64,000 bases of DNA from assembly GCA_016748015.1 (NCBI GenBank), contig JAAOMT010000441.1, positions 1 to 64,000 of the forward strand, given 5' to 3'. Both the position numbers and the translations under genes were made by a program. Positions 25,552 to 40,063 of this stretch are shown here, piece after piece. The stretch comes from Geosiphon pyriformis uo1 (taxonomy: Eukaryota; Fungi; Glomeromycota). Position 1 is the stretch's first letter; the number at the start of each line of letters is the position of its first letter. The notes under the pieces were generated by a model that was not told the DNA's origin, made no database searches, and was given only the letters and a program-made list of their open reading frames with translations.

Positions 25552-27494
25552 GATTTTTGTAGCAACACAAATGAATTATTAAACTTTCAATATTTTGGAT
25601 GGGTAAAGGATTTTAAAGAGTTTGTCTTGCTAATAAATAAGGATTTTAACCTTTAATCAAATTCCTGAAAAGCCTAGGCCTTAAAGAAATCTGAAACGCT
25701 AGAAAAAACTGAAAATAGACACCCCTCATTTACATTGGTTAAACGGGTAAAGATGCAAAAGGTGTAAAAAGACTAACTATGATAAATTTTCTAAATGCAT
25801 AATCTAATTCTAAGATTACAGATGGTCTTCATTAGCTCTAGCCGGCTTAGTGATACAAGTTTAATATTATTTCCTTTGATCTTGGATTTCAGCGAGTCGA
25901 TAAAACCAATTTAATTAATTAGTTATTCCGAAACTGCCCCATGATTTGTTTTAAGAAAATTATAAGCCTCGATATTACCTTGATATTCACATTAAATTAA
26001 AATTTTCAAAATTATCATCTTTGTATTTCACTTGGCAAATATTTTGTATAAACTTTTTTAGGAATTTTGTAGCATATTGGTTGATATTTGAAAAATTTAT
26101 ATAAAATCCAATTACAAAAATTAAGCCTTGTATATCTTTCCCTTGAGATTATGTATAATTGCTTTAAATCCATTATAAAATTTGATGCATTCAGCATTAT
26201 TTTATTGAGTAAAAATATTTTGGTTTTAATGAAAAAATTGGTAAAATTCACTCGAAGAAAGAAATTGAGTATATTGAAGCCTATAATGTAATTTTCACCA
26301 AGTGTATTAATATCTAAGTACTAAAATATGGAGAGATGAATCCATAAAATTTGTGATTCAGTCAAAACTAAAGGCTTAAATCAAAATTTATGACTTATTT
26401 AGCCTTGAGGCTTTGAAGTTTTACAGCAAATCATTCTTATTTAAGATTCTTATAGTATTATGTATAATTTTTGTTTTTCTTGTGAGTTTTTGTTTTTATA
26501 TGAAAGATTTTGAAACTTTGAGTCTGAAATAACTATTAAATAATTAAATATTAAATAAACTGACTTAAATAATAAAAACTAAGACTTTCATATTTATTTG
26601 CTTTTAAATTTCAAGATGTTTATTACATAATTATTATATTGTTAAAATATATAATAAAAATTTGGAAATTTGAATTTTTTTTAAAAATAAAAATAAAATA
26701 TGTTTGTTGTTAAAATTGTTTGAAAGAAATATAACACCAAATAAAAATAAAATTATAATTATAATTTTTGAAGTTCTAAGATTGTGTTAAAAACAACAAT
26801 ATAACATAAAAACTCAAATTTTCTTTTATTAATTGTATTTTTTTAAAATATTATTTTTTTAAATATTTTAATACTTTTATATTAATTTTAATTTTAATTT
26901 TAATATAACAAAAAAAAGTTATAATTATAAATGAAAAGAATTCAAAATTCAAACAAACCTTATTATATTCATAAATATATTTTTAAATCTATGCAATTAG
27001 AAAAATATCTTGATTATAAATTGTTAAATTTTTAAAAGTCTAACAAATTGAAAATATTTTGTTCTAAAGTAATTTTTTATTTAGAATTTTTTTAATTATG
27101 TTATTAATATTTTATTTTACGGCTCATTTATTTTTATTTCTTAATTATATAATTATGTTGTTTTTAAATTAGATAATCATATATATATTCTACTTATAAT
27201 ATGACTTATAATGTATTAATATAATTTTTACTTGGTTTTTTAATATTTATTTGTATTTACTTTATTCTTGACTTTTTTTATTTTAGTTTAAACTTTGTTT
27301 GTTTTCAGTTTTAGAAACTTTTAATTTACAATAGTTAAAATTCTTTTTAAAAATGGGTTAAAATTTTTACAAACGATTCAAAATTTTAATTAAACTGATT
27401 TAATGAGAATATTTCAAGTTTTTACATATAAATTTATATAATAATAATAATAATAATAAACCAAATTATAATTAAGCATTAAATCCGGATAAAA

Positions 27495-28210
27495 TTTTTT
27501 AATTCAATAATATTGTTTAATAAAACCTTTTAGCAGTTGACTAATTATTATAACATTATCAAAAATAGATATATAACTTTTTTGTTTTATTTTCATAACC
27601 AAACAATTATATTAAATTCTTTTTAGAGTAAAGTTTTTTTTTAATATTATTCATAAAATTTATTTATATGACTAATTTCATCAAAAACGAAAAATTTTTC
27701 AGAAAAACTGACTTCCCTACTAATAATTTAGAAATTTCTTTGTCCAATTTGCAAAAAAAAATATTTTAAAACTTAACCTTCACCAATTTCATTTAACTGT
27801 TAGAAGGTAGAGGGTAATAACGAAATCGGTAACAGGAAATAANNNNNNNNNNNNNNNNNNNNTTTTTTAATTCAATAATATTGTTTAATAAAACCTTTTA
27901 GCAGTTGACTAATTATTATAACATTATCAAAAATAGATATATAACTTTTTTGTTTTATTTTCATAACCAAACAATTATATTAAATTCTTTTTAGAGTAAA
28001 GTTTTTTTTTAATATTATTCATAAAATTTATTTATATGACTAATTTCATCAAAAACGAAAAATTTTTCAGAAAAACTGACTTCCCTACTAATAATTTAGA
28101 AATTTCTTTGTCCAATTTGCAAAAAAAAATATTTTAAAACTTAACCTTCACCAATTTCATTTAACTGTTAGAAGGTAGAGGGTAATAACGAAATCGGTAA
28201 CAGGAAATAA
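27495..28210. other. Assembly gap (20 N, 27843-27862) flanked by two apparently identical 348-bp copies
   Basis: 27495-27842 matches 27863-28210, typical of an unmerged contig overlap. Confidence 0.9.
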
Positions 28211-31200
28211 AAGAGAAGGAAAAAATAAACAAAATGTCGGATGAAAAGGGTGATATGTAAAAACTCAGGAAGAAGACTTGAGCTAAATCATATAAAAAAC
28301 GGTTGAATTTTGAGGAAAACCGTGTAAAAGAATTAAGCAGAACACAAATAAATATTAGTAAAAGACGTTATTTTAATTTTCTGCAGATCCATGAATTTCT
28401 TGTTAAAATAAATGCAAAGTAATAAATAGAATGACTTTTTTTGAACATGAAAAAGAGACTTGGGTGCAGCCTTTCAAAATATCTTTTTGATGGACTAATT
28501 AACACTTAAATATAAATATAATATTTTCTAACCATATTTTAATAGGCTAAGATTGTTCAAATTTGTTTGAAATAATAATTTTTTTTTACAAAACAATAAT
28601 ATTATGTTAAAAATTTGTTATTATTTTAAAAGATGGTTTAATAAAAATAAAAGTATCGGTAAAATAATATTAAAATTTATAAATTATTTAAATATAAAAA
28701 GTTTAAATCAAATAATTTTATTGCTTGTATTTTTTCTACATATCTACTTATGTTTTTATTCAAATTATAAATTCAAAAACAGACTTGCATATTGCTCCTA
28801 AAATAATTTATCGGTAAAAATTATAATAATATTGACAAATAAAAACTAAATAATACAATTATTTAGTTTTATTTAATTTTTAAATAAGAATAATAATTGT
28901 CTTTTTATCCAAGTAATTTATTATTGCATAGACATTTAACGATTTAAAAATATATATATATATATTATTATTTTTTCAAGTTTTTTTAATAATACTGTTT
29001 TATAATAGATTAACTAAAATTATTATATATTGCTATTAAGCTGTCATTTTGTTTTTTGAAAATCAATTATAAAATATTGCACAAATTAATTAGATAAGTT
29101 TAATAAAACTTGTTAATTATTCAATTGAGAAAACTTTTTAAAACAAATATACTGTATTATTTCAAATTCCAAATAAAGAAATATAGTTTATATCATTAAG
29201 AGCTTGAGTAAAAGAATATTAACAACCTTTTTTATAAAGAAAATTTTAACATTTTAAGCACAAAGAAAAAAATGAAATTATTATATTAAAGAAAAGATTA
29301 TTATTTAAACCAAAATGGAAAGTTCTTATAAGTAAAGTTAATAAACATAAACTTGAATTTTTCAATTTTTCAATATATAAAAATTACGAAATTCTCAAGT
29401 TTTAGGTGATTTCATATCAATATTACAATAGCATTTCAAAAAAAGAACTTTACATTACAATCTTATTTAAACACAATAAAAAAATAAAATATAACTTATA
29501 TGGCAAACAAAATATGTAATTTCAAAAAGTCAAAGGCTTTACTTATTAATTTTTTAATATTTTTTTAATGCTTTACTGTGTAGTCCAACCACCATCTGTG
29601 TACTTAAAACTTATACATGTTCTACAATAAATGCAGCTCATGCACTTTCTACATGTGACCAGCCGTCCAAGCCAATCAAGCTAGAAACTGAGTCCAAAAA
29701 TTTTTGCCTAAAATATCTGACGCCGTGTACGCCAGTTTTCTCAACCACAAAATCCTATATTAATATTTGTTTTACAAAAATTGAGTCTACGTCATCAATT
29801 AATCTATCTCTTTCGTATTCTGTCTTTTAATATAAATTTTAAATTGTTAACTAAAATAATAAAAGACTTGGATAAATTTCAAATTTTTTTTGACATATAA
29901 ATAAAAATAAACTTGAATAATATATTGTTATAAAAAAATTAGAATCAATCGAAAATTTAATATAAAATCTTATTTTGGCAAATTGAGTCATTATATATTT
30001 AATATAACAAAATTTCAAATCTACAATTAATAAAATATTTTGAAGTTGTTTATATTCAAATTTGTGTATTCAAATGGTTTTTTATAAGTTAAATCAAATA
30101 ATATATGTTTTCTTAAAATTTAAATAAATTTATCTATTAAAAATTACAAATTATCTACTCAAAAAAACCATTATTTATTCTTGTAACCTGTGGAATTCGA
30201 AGTCTTTGTAAATTCGAAACAAATCAAGGCAAGAAAATTAAACAGGTGAAAAATTTTATAAAAATGTAAATATGAGAAAACTGTAGCAATTATTGTGATT
30301 TTTAAAAATTAAACTAGTATTTTTATAGGTTTAAATTTGAATATCATAATATTAAAATCTTATGAAAAAAACTGATTCATGAAATATAAACCATAAAATC
30401 AATTTAAATAATTTATATCGGTAACAATAAAAAAAAACGTTAGCTAATAAAAATGGTTTTAAATACTTAAAAACTAAGTTCTTAATTTATAAAAAATAAT
30501 TAATAATCAAATTTTTTTTGATTAATTAACTTGATTTTGAAATTAATGATAATCTTTTTGTAATAAATCAAACCTTAACAGATTTTATTTGTTGTAGATT
30601 AAATTGGTTTTTTTTAATGTTTATAATATGGTGAATATAATTATAGTAAAGTTTGTATTTAACATATTTTTTTTTTGTTAAATGTTTTGATTTTTCATAA
30701 TATTGCAAATATATATATAAAATAATCCATATTTTACTATTTGTATTTATTAATTATTGAAAAAATTATCATAAAAATTGAAAAATTAAAAAAATTAATT
30801 AATTTATTATTAATCAATTTAGTTCAATAAAAATTAAATACATATATAAAAATTTTATAATATTAATAATAATTTCGATTATAAAAAATACATATATTTA
30901 TGTATATATTTTTTGTTTTAACAAAATATAATTCTTTTGATTTTTACATAAGTTACAAATATATAATAATAAATTCAGATTATGTACTTTTTATATATAA
31001 CTAATTATCTGAATTTACATTAATAAATATTATTTATTTAATAAATCAAATAAATTTATTGTTTTTATTTATTTAAATACTTATTAAATACTTAATTATT
31101 ATAAATATATTTTATATATAACATATTGCAACAAAATCAGACAAAGTAATTATGTAAAATAAAACAGTTAAAAAAATTTTAAAATTTAAAATTTTTTTTA

Positions 31201-32739
31201 TTATATTTATTTATTTTAAATAAAGTCATAAAAAACCAATTTTGGTGTTATAATTAAAAAAAAATTATTTGCAAATTATATTTTATATAATTGGTATTGT
31301 GATTAAATAAAAAAAAAGATTGATAATTAATAACTAAAACAATTAATGCTTTAAACAAAACAATATTTACAGCTATATTAATATTTTTTCGTTAAGTACC
31401 AAGAATAAATATATTTTATTGTAAATAATCTATTTTTTTGCTAATAATTCTGTAAACTCAATAAAAATAACTTAGAAAAACAGCATAAACAAATTTCTAA
31501 AAAGTTAAATTTATTTATAATTTTTATATTATACTTAAATTTTTTTTTTGTTTAAAATATTTAATACAATAAATTAATACAAAGTTTGATACATTAAGAA
31601 AAAGCTAAATATAAACATAAATATGTTTTAATTTCTGTATAATTTTGGCATAAGTTTTTTTGGTTTAAATTTTTGATTTTTAGTTTTTTTTTGCTTGTTT
31701 TTTCTATTGAATTTCTTTATTTATATTATATTTTTGTTATTGTTATTGCTTTTTTTAATGTTTTTTTTAAAAAATAATATTATTAATAAAAGCAATAATA
31801 ATCTTATAAAATTTTATATTAAATATATAAAATATAATTTTAAATTATTTTTAAAGCTATTCTTAATAAAATCAAAGATTTTAAAACAGTTTATATTAAT
31901 AAAAATAGGTTTAAAAATTTTAGTATGATAATAAACATTATAATAATATTTGGGTTTATTTTTAAAAAAAAATGGTTTATAATTATTAAAAATAGATTTA
32001 TTTATTTTTAAGAATTGAAATTTAATTTAAGCAATAAAAATACAATAATATTATTAAAATTTTATTTTTTTTTATGTAGTTTTATTTTAATTTTATTCAA
32101 AAAATATTTTTAGTCTTATTTAATAAATTTGTATTCTTAAAAGTTATAATAATATTTGTAAAATTTATTATAATTTCTTAATTTTTTAGTTAATAGTTAT
32201 TTAATTTAACTTTAATTATTAAAGCTTTTATATAAAAACTTTAATATATTAATTAAGTTTTTAAATTATAATACAAAAATTTTAGTTTGTGTTTTTATGT
32301 TTAAATAATTTAAAGTTAATATTTTATTAATATAAACTTAATAATATTAATTTTGTCTTTTTTATTTTATAATTTAACTTAATAAATAGTTTTTAAGTTT
32401 TGTTTTTTTAATAGATATATAATTTATTTGTTAATAAAAATTAATTTTTATATAAATAAAAATTTATAAAAATACATAAATAATTTTATTTAATTTATAT
32501 CAAAAAATATTTTAAAAATAATTGATTTGTTTGTTTTTTATTTTATAAAAATTAATAATTTAGTTTGTATTATTTATAAAATATATTATATATATTAATA
32601 ATAATTAAATTTAATAAACAAAAGTTTTATTATAAAATAATAATAAAAACTTTAAATAAAAAATCAGAAATAATTATAATAATATTGATTAGTATAATTA
32701 GTAATACATATATAAAATATAAAATTTTAAAAATTAATA

Positions 32740-35700
32740 ATTTTTTTATTATTATTATTTAATAAATACAGTTTAGTAACTATCTAGTATACAGAATCAA
32801 ATTAAATACAACTTATATGTTTACTATATATGACTAGTTATTCAAGTCAATTTAGACAATACTATATATTTATATATATAATCAAACTATTATTAATACC
32901 AGAAAAAAAAACACAAAATAAATACTTACTAAAACTTACTGTTATTGATTCAATAATACTTAGCATATAAACTATTCTATCTAATAAACTCACATATAAC
33001 TTATCAATAACTACAAACATTATACTATTATTACTTATCAATCTAATTTTCTCTGTTTTAAACTTAAATGTGGTCTTAACAAACTATATTTCTTAGTAAT
33101 AAAAATTAATCAAATGACAAAAAAAACATATCAGCATAGAAAATATTTTTTTATTATTATTATGTATTATCAAAGCATTTTTAAATTAATTTCTTATAAC
33201 AAAACTTTTACAAAGCATTATGTACAATCTAATATCAGAAAGACAAAAAAAAAAAACCACAATATAAAAAAAAATACAGATATTTTATTATTAATTAAAA
33301 TTAATTAAAATTTAATATAATTCATAATTAAATTTTTTATCAGTCTGTATTTCTTAAACACACAAATAAATGATTCAAAAATTCCATTTTTCCACAAGAT
33401 AAACAAAAAACACTTGAATAAAATCTGTTATATAGCTATTTATAAATAGCAATTAAGAGTTTTTTATAAATAATTTTTATCATATAAATCCTAAAATTAG
33501 TCATAACTTTGTTAATAGAATTAGCAAGCATATAAAAATTAAAATGCCAAATTAAAGCAGTTTAAATCCAGTTAACAGTATAAACAAAAAAGTCAACAAT
33601 AATTTTAGTGTTAGAACCTACTTTCTAATATCTTAAACAAAATATTATGTATTATTAAATACAATCATATGATCAGCCACCAAATATTGTTCTAAAATTT
33701 TAATAGAAAAAATAAAAAAGAATGAGTAATAGTTTTAGCCAGCTTATTAGCTTAATTATTTTTAAAAACATTTAAATAACTCTTAATTTTTAATTAGACT
33801 ATTTTTAAATCTTTGTTTTTTATTAAATTAACAATATAATATCTTTTCAGCCAACACTAATTGTAAAAGTTTAGCTTAAACAAATTAAGTTCCAAAATAC
33901 ATGTATTAATAGCTGCTTGACTGTTCAGATACAAAACCACTATGTTAAAAAAAGACACATATTTTAATGTTAAAACAACAACCTGTATCTTAGTTAATAT
34001 AAAAAACATTATTTTAAAAACTTTAATACCTATACTCATATCTATATTTAAGAAATAAACAGCTGTTTTATTGATTATTCTTAATAAGTCTAAATTTTTA
34101 AGTAAGCTATCTGTGTACATATTAAAAGCATTAATTCAAATTTCATGTAAAAAATTTTTAATCAATCCAAAATTATCTGAATTTAGAATATTATAAGACA
34201 TTAAGCTTAAAACATCTATTTTATTCTTAACAACAGAACTTAATCTATTCAAAAAATCAGATACAACAACAAACTAAGATAAAACAAAATTTCTTAAATC
34301 TAGTTTTTTTACCAATAAAATGTTTTTTAAGTTATGAATACACTATATTTGTCCAAAAATTTGTTACTAAAAGCAATCCCAAAATGTCTTAAAGAAACTA
34401 CTGTCTTGTAGTAAACTGTTTTTTCCAAGATATCAGACATTAAAAACCTGTTTGGACTGCAAAACACTTGCAAAAAGTTGTTTGTCAATAACATTTTATT
34501 ATCCAAAAAAAATTTTATTATCTTAGCAAAAAAATTGTTTACAAAACTAATCTTAAATCTAACAGAATACTATAAAAAATTGGCTAGAACCTATCTCAAA
34601 GTCTGCAAATCTAAAAAACAATAATTAAAAAAATAACCAAGAATATTTATAAAATTAGCAAACAGAACAATAGAAGTTATTTTATTCTTAGTTTATAACT
34701 ATTCAAAAATTTTAAACCATACAGTATTGAATAGTACAAAGCTTTATTAAGAAAATTTCTAGACAATTTAGCTTTTAATCTCAAATTTTTTCTAATTAAA
34801 ACATTCTATTTACAGCAAATATTAATTAAAATAAAATTAAACTATATACAATAACTAACTATAGGCTATAAGACAACAAAGACCAAATAACAAAACTGCT
34901 TATCTGAAATTGTTTTTTTTAATACTACATTTACAAAAAACCTAATATTTAAATAAGTTTTGGTCACACCAGATTTAAAAAAACTTTTAATAGAAAGAAA
35001 AATTCTTAAGTAACAGTATGATTTGTTTTTTTTAGTAATTAATATAAAACACTTACTGATTTTTAAGCAAATATCTTTAACTCTTTGGTTAATAAGAATG
35101 ACTATTGTCTTATTATTATTAATTAAAATATTATTAATCTTAAAAAACTTACTGATAATATTTAAAATGTATTGAGTTAAAATCTGGCTATTTTCTATCC
35201 AAATAGTGTTATTAATAAAAGTTTTAGTTGTAAAAAAAAAAGTTTTCTTTCTTGTATTTTTTATCTTATTAGTTTTGGCCACAAACTTTATATTAATATG
35301 GTAATTATATAAATGTTTATGTTTTTTAACTTTATACAAAAAAAAATTATAAAAAATTTTCCAAAAGAAAAATAAAAAAACTTCACCTTGGCTTAATCTA
35401 TTATATATATGATAATCTTTTAAAAAACCAAAATCAGTTATTATTTTATTAATTCTATCTTAATATATGTTGTCAAAAAAATTAATAAATTGCTTATATA
35501 TTTTAATATATTTTAAGTTGTTTTTTAAATAATATCAGCCAACCAAATTATATGCTTTGTACATGTCTTGTAAAACCAACCATAATTTTCTGTTTTTTTT
35601 TAATATATCTTTAATAACTAAGCCAATTGCAAATACTGAAAACCAAATTAATATATCTTTTAATACTAAAAAATTATTTTTTTAAAGAACACCAAATTTG

Positions 35701-38700
35701 CTGTATATAAAAAAAATTTGGTTTAAAAGAATTTAGAAAAAATCTTTTTGGTTATTTTTATTAATGTTATTAGTTTTAGTATTGATTAATACACTATTCT
35801 ATTTATAAGGCTTTAAAATTTTAAAAATCCAAGTTTTCTTCTATAAAACAGAAATTATATTAATATTTAGACAACAATTTAATAAGACCAAGAAATTATT
35901 CATAATTTCAGAATTATAGTGCTTCTATAACTTATTCAAAATGTTAGACAAGCCAATAGTTTTGCTATTAGGTAAATTTTTTACTGTTCAAATCAACTTT
36001 TCTAAGCTAATTTATTTTATAAACTTTAAAAATTCCCTATCTTTAATATAATTTAAAGATATATAATGTTTAGACCAAAGATTTGGTATTATTTTAGAAA
36101 CTATTTTCTTTTTAGTTCAATTTTTATTATTTCATTTACTCTGTTTTTTACTATCTCAAGTTCTAAAATCAAATTTTTACCAATTACCAAATAATCTAAA
36201 ACCATTTTTTAAAAAGATTTCTTTAGAACACTTCTAATTATATAACTCTTGTTTATACAAAAATTTATTTTTTTATTAATCACATTTTTAATTACAACTG
36301 TTTTTACTACTTCAAATTTTCAATATTTAAATATCCAATATTCTTTCTTAATCTTTAATAGATAAATGAAAATTTTTTATTTTTTATCTTATTTTTGATT
36401 AGAACAAATAAACCAGTAAAATTACCAGTATTCAATTTTAACCAAATCTATCTAAGATAATTAAATCTGATGATATCATTTGAAAAAAAGATTTTAATGA
36501 CTTTTAAAACTAAAATTTCTAATTTGTGGAATTTAAAAGACTGTTTATTTCTAAAATCATTAAAATTTTTAAATAATTTTCTGAAAAAAACTTTGTTTGT
36601 TAACTCAACTATTATTATTTTTAAAAGATCTCATATTGTATTCAAATTATCTTGTTTTTTTGTATTCTAAAAGCTAATATTCACACAAAGCATTTTTTTT
36701 GAAGAGTAATTTTTAAACTGAATTTACTTTAAGTTATTTACATTTTTAAAGCCAAACTTCTATTAATACTTGTTAGTATGCTTTTAAACAGTATTTAAAT
36801 GCTTGTTCAAAAAACTTTTCAAGCCAAAAAAAATCACAACAGCTAAATAATTAATATCAAAGAATTTATAAACTTCATTAACTCTTTGTTTAACCACAGC
36901 TGTCAACAAATGTTTATTAACAAAAATATAATCAATTGTTTTTTTACACTCTTTAAATTGCTTTATATTAGGAAATTAACAGCTAAATTTCTTAATAAAG
37001 AGTTGTACAAACTTAAATTGAAATATTTCCTAAAACTTGTATTTTATTCTGCACTATTTTTATTGAAATTACTTTTTAATATTACATAAAAATTCGAATT
37101 AATTGCCTTTGTAATACAAAAATTTACATCAAAGACTTAATTAAACTATATACTAGTTAAATTTTTAGCATAAAAACCTAATATTATCATTAAAAACTTA
37201 TTATTGAACAACAAATAGATTGAAAGAAAGTAACTTAAAATCTTAGATATTTTGTATATGTGTTAAGCAAAATTATTGTTTATTATTATAACTATTCTTA
37301 AATCTAGATAACCAAAATCTAAACCAAAAACAAAAATTTTCAAATCTGAAAACTTGTTTTTAATTCAAAATTTAAACTGCTCTTTTAACTTAGACTTAAT
37401 AATTATAGAAACCAAATTGCCAAATTCATTATATTATTTGATAATATTTTCTTGTTTAGCTTTATTGTTTAATCTTTTAATATTACATATTATAATTTTC
37501 TAAATAAAATTAGTTATTGAAAAAAAAAATTGTTGAAAAAATTAAACTAGGACACATTTAATTCAACTTAGACAAAACTAAGACAATTATATTATTAAGT
37601 GTAACCAATTTTAATTTTAAATTACTTACTTTGGCTATCAAAATTTTAGAATTAACTCAAATCTAAAGTATTAATTGTCACCAAAAAAGGAGATGAGAAC
37701 AAAACCTGTAAGTTATTTATTATTATGCTTAAATTCAAACTGAAAAAAAAAACAGAACAAAAAATTAAAAGGCAAAAGCCAAGAAAACCAATTTTATACT
37801 ACTTATTTTATATAAAACACTAAAAATCTGATTAGCTAACAATTTTAATAAACATTTCAAAAAAGCCAAGCAAGTATCAAAGAATAAAACATTTTATAAA
37901 AAAAAAAACCTTAATAGTATGTAAAATATTAAAGAAAAAAAAGTCAGAACCAGAACCAAAAAAAGTATCATCAAAAACAAAAGCTACTAAAACTATCTGA
38001 GCTTATAATTTGCCACCAAAAGCAACAAGATGTAAAATAAAAACATTTTTTTTAGTATACAATTTTACCAATTAATAATAATACTTATTTAATATAATTT
38101 TTTTATAAATTATTGAAAACAAACAAGTAAATACATTAAATGTATTATATTTTAAAGCAAAGTGTTTAAAAAATTCACACTTTTCATATCTAATTAGATT
38201 TAATCTAACTTAAAAGAGTTTAATATTACCAAAAATTGACTTTGTATAAAAGACTAATTCTAGATTATTTTCTGATCCAAACCTAATTACAACACAATAA
38301 ATTTTATTACTAATTTCAAATAACCAATTGATAATGCAAGTTTTTTTATCTGTTTTATCTAATAGATTATTCAAATTATAAATTATTGTTTTTACAAGCA
38401 AAATAAACAAAAGTGTCTTAAAACAATTTTTAAATATCCAAACATTATAATTTTTTATAGTTTTGGCTATATATATCAAATTTTTTCTGATTAAAAATAA
38501 TTATCTTGATGCCAACTAATCAGTTTAACTTAATTTAGCAAATTCTATTACAGTTTTTTGTCATAGTCCAATAAATTGTAATTAAATTAACACTATTTAA
38601 CTAAATTCAAAAAAAACTATAATAATTAATTTTTAAAATGTATTTATAAAAATTTCCTTAATGACTACAATCTAATCTAAATGTAATTTTTGTTTTTTGA

Positions 38701-39136
38701 AATTGTTGTTTATGATAATTTCCTTTTTCATATATTTTTTTAATAAACACTTTAATTTGAGTTTTAACAATTTTTGGGTTAATTTATTTTTTATTTAAAG
38801 AGATATTAAGAAAAAAAAAAAAAGGTTTTTTATTTTTATCTATGTTATAACCAATTGAGCCAATAAAAAAACCATATTTTAGACCAGTATTTATTCTTTT
38901 AGTTTTAGGAATAGTTGCTGTTAAGCCAAACAAAAACCCATTACTAATATTTAATAAGACATTATTATTCTTATTATTACCAAATTTGCTATTTATATTC
39001 GAATATATATTATTATTAGCACCAAGTTTGATCAAAAAAAAATTTTTTTTATTACAAGAATGTTTAATATTACCAATAAAATTTTTTTTTGAAAAAAAAA
39101 ACTCCCAACAGAATTATGAAGAACTCTCTTAAATGC
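32740..39136 (-). mobile_element. Highly degenerate non-LTR retrotransposon (LINE: ORF1 + APE endonuclease-RT-RNase H), 5' end interrupted by LTR element 1
   Basis: Minus-strand relics: IICNIKRLNNKAKQENII (APE start, ~37480), LSQGEVF (~35390), TFINNTIW (decayed FVDD, ~35210) and YTDSL...YLNSQAAI (decayed RNase H YTDGS...DSQ, 33857-34120). A (AAT)n/A tail lies at ~32740-32760. Confidence 0.78.
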
Positions 39137-40063
39137 TATTACAAGTAATAATTTGGGGTTTTAGTACAAATAACAAACCCATAACTTGATACTTAATAGT
39201 TGGGGTGTTGATAATATCTGAAGATTTTTATGATCTAAAAGTTTTGGTAATCTAAAGGTTTTGGTAATCTGAAGGTTTTGGTGGAATTTTTTGTATAATA
39301 AACAGAGATTTAATGGTTGTTTTAGTAGTCTTCCAGAATGATTATTCCATCAATTTTTTTTCTTCAACATAGTGGTCAGTTTATTCTAACAGTCATGTCT
39401 TTCTGGTAAGCTATTCTCAAATTCTGAGTTTTTTACTCTTATTTCTGGATCTTTTACCAGGCTATTCTTAATGTCAAAATACTTAATGCTTAATTTCTGT
39501 AACTAATTTAGTAAACAGCAAAAAAACAAAACAAAGAAAATAAAAAAAATAAAAAAATTTAGTATCTTATCAATAACTATGATTAAGAACTATTGTTTTA
39601 GTATTGAATTCTATTAACATAAAGTATTGATAATAGCAAAATGATCAGAATTCTTAATCAAATAATAATAACATAGATTAAATGATAATAAGTGTGTTTT
39701 ATTAAATATTTTAATGAATTTATTTTGGTTGATAGTAACTATCTGTAAAATAAGAATTAATGAATAGATAAAAAAAAAAATGCTACAATTTTAAACTGAA
39801 AGGAAAATAGAATTGAATACTTTTTTTGCTTTTGCTGCTACTGTTATATATATATAGTTTGTATTATATAAAATTCCTGAAATTTTGTAATTTTTTTAGA
39901 AAAATCTTGGAATTCTGGAATTTTGAAATCCTGTAATTCTTTGTAAAGAATTCTGAAATCTTGCAATTTTTTCAGAAGAATTCTGGAATTTCTCTGTTAC
40001 TATGTCTACTTCTGATTGGCTATTCCTCTAATTATATAATACTCCTAATTTTTATTAGTAATA
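39137..40063 (-). repeat. 3' LTR of element 1
   Basis: Termini tattaca...agtaata (decayed TGTTAC...GTAACA); purine tract adjacent on the minus strand at ~40064-40078. Confidence 0.8.

Noticed and set aside
27495-28210. 348-bp tandem duplication
   Set aside because: The copies look identical and abut a 20-N gap, so this is an unmerged contig overlap rather than biology.
26015-28500. Coding-like patches at ~26015-26290 and ~28233-28490
   Set aside because: Slightly higher complexity, but no motif or consistent frame that I can support.
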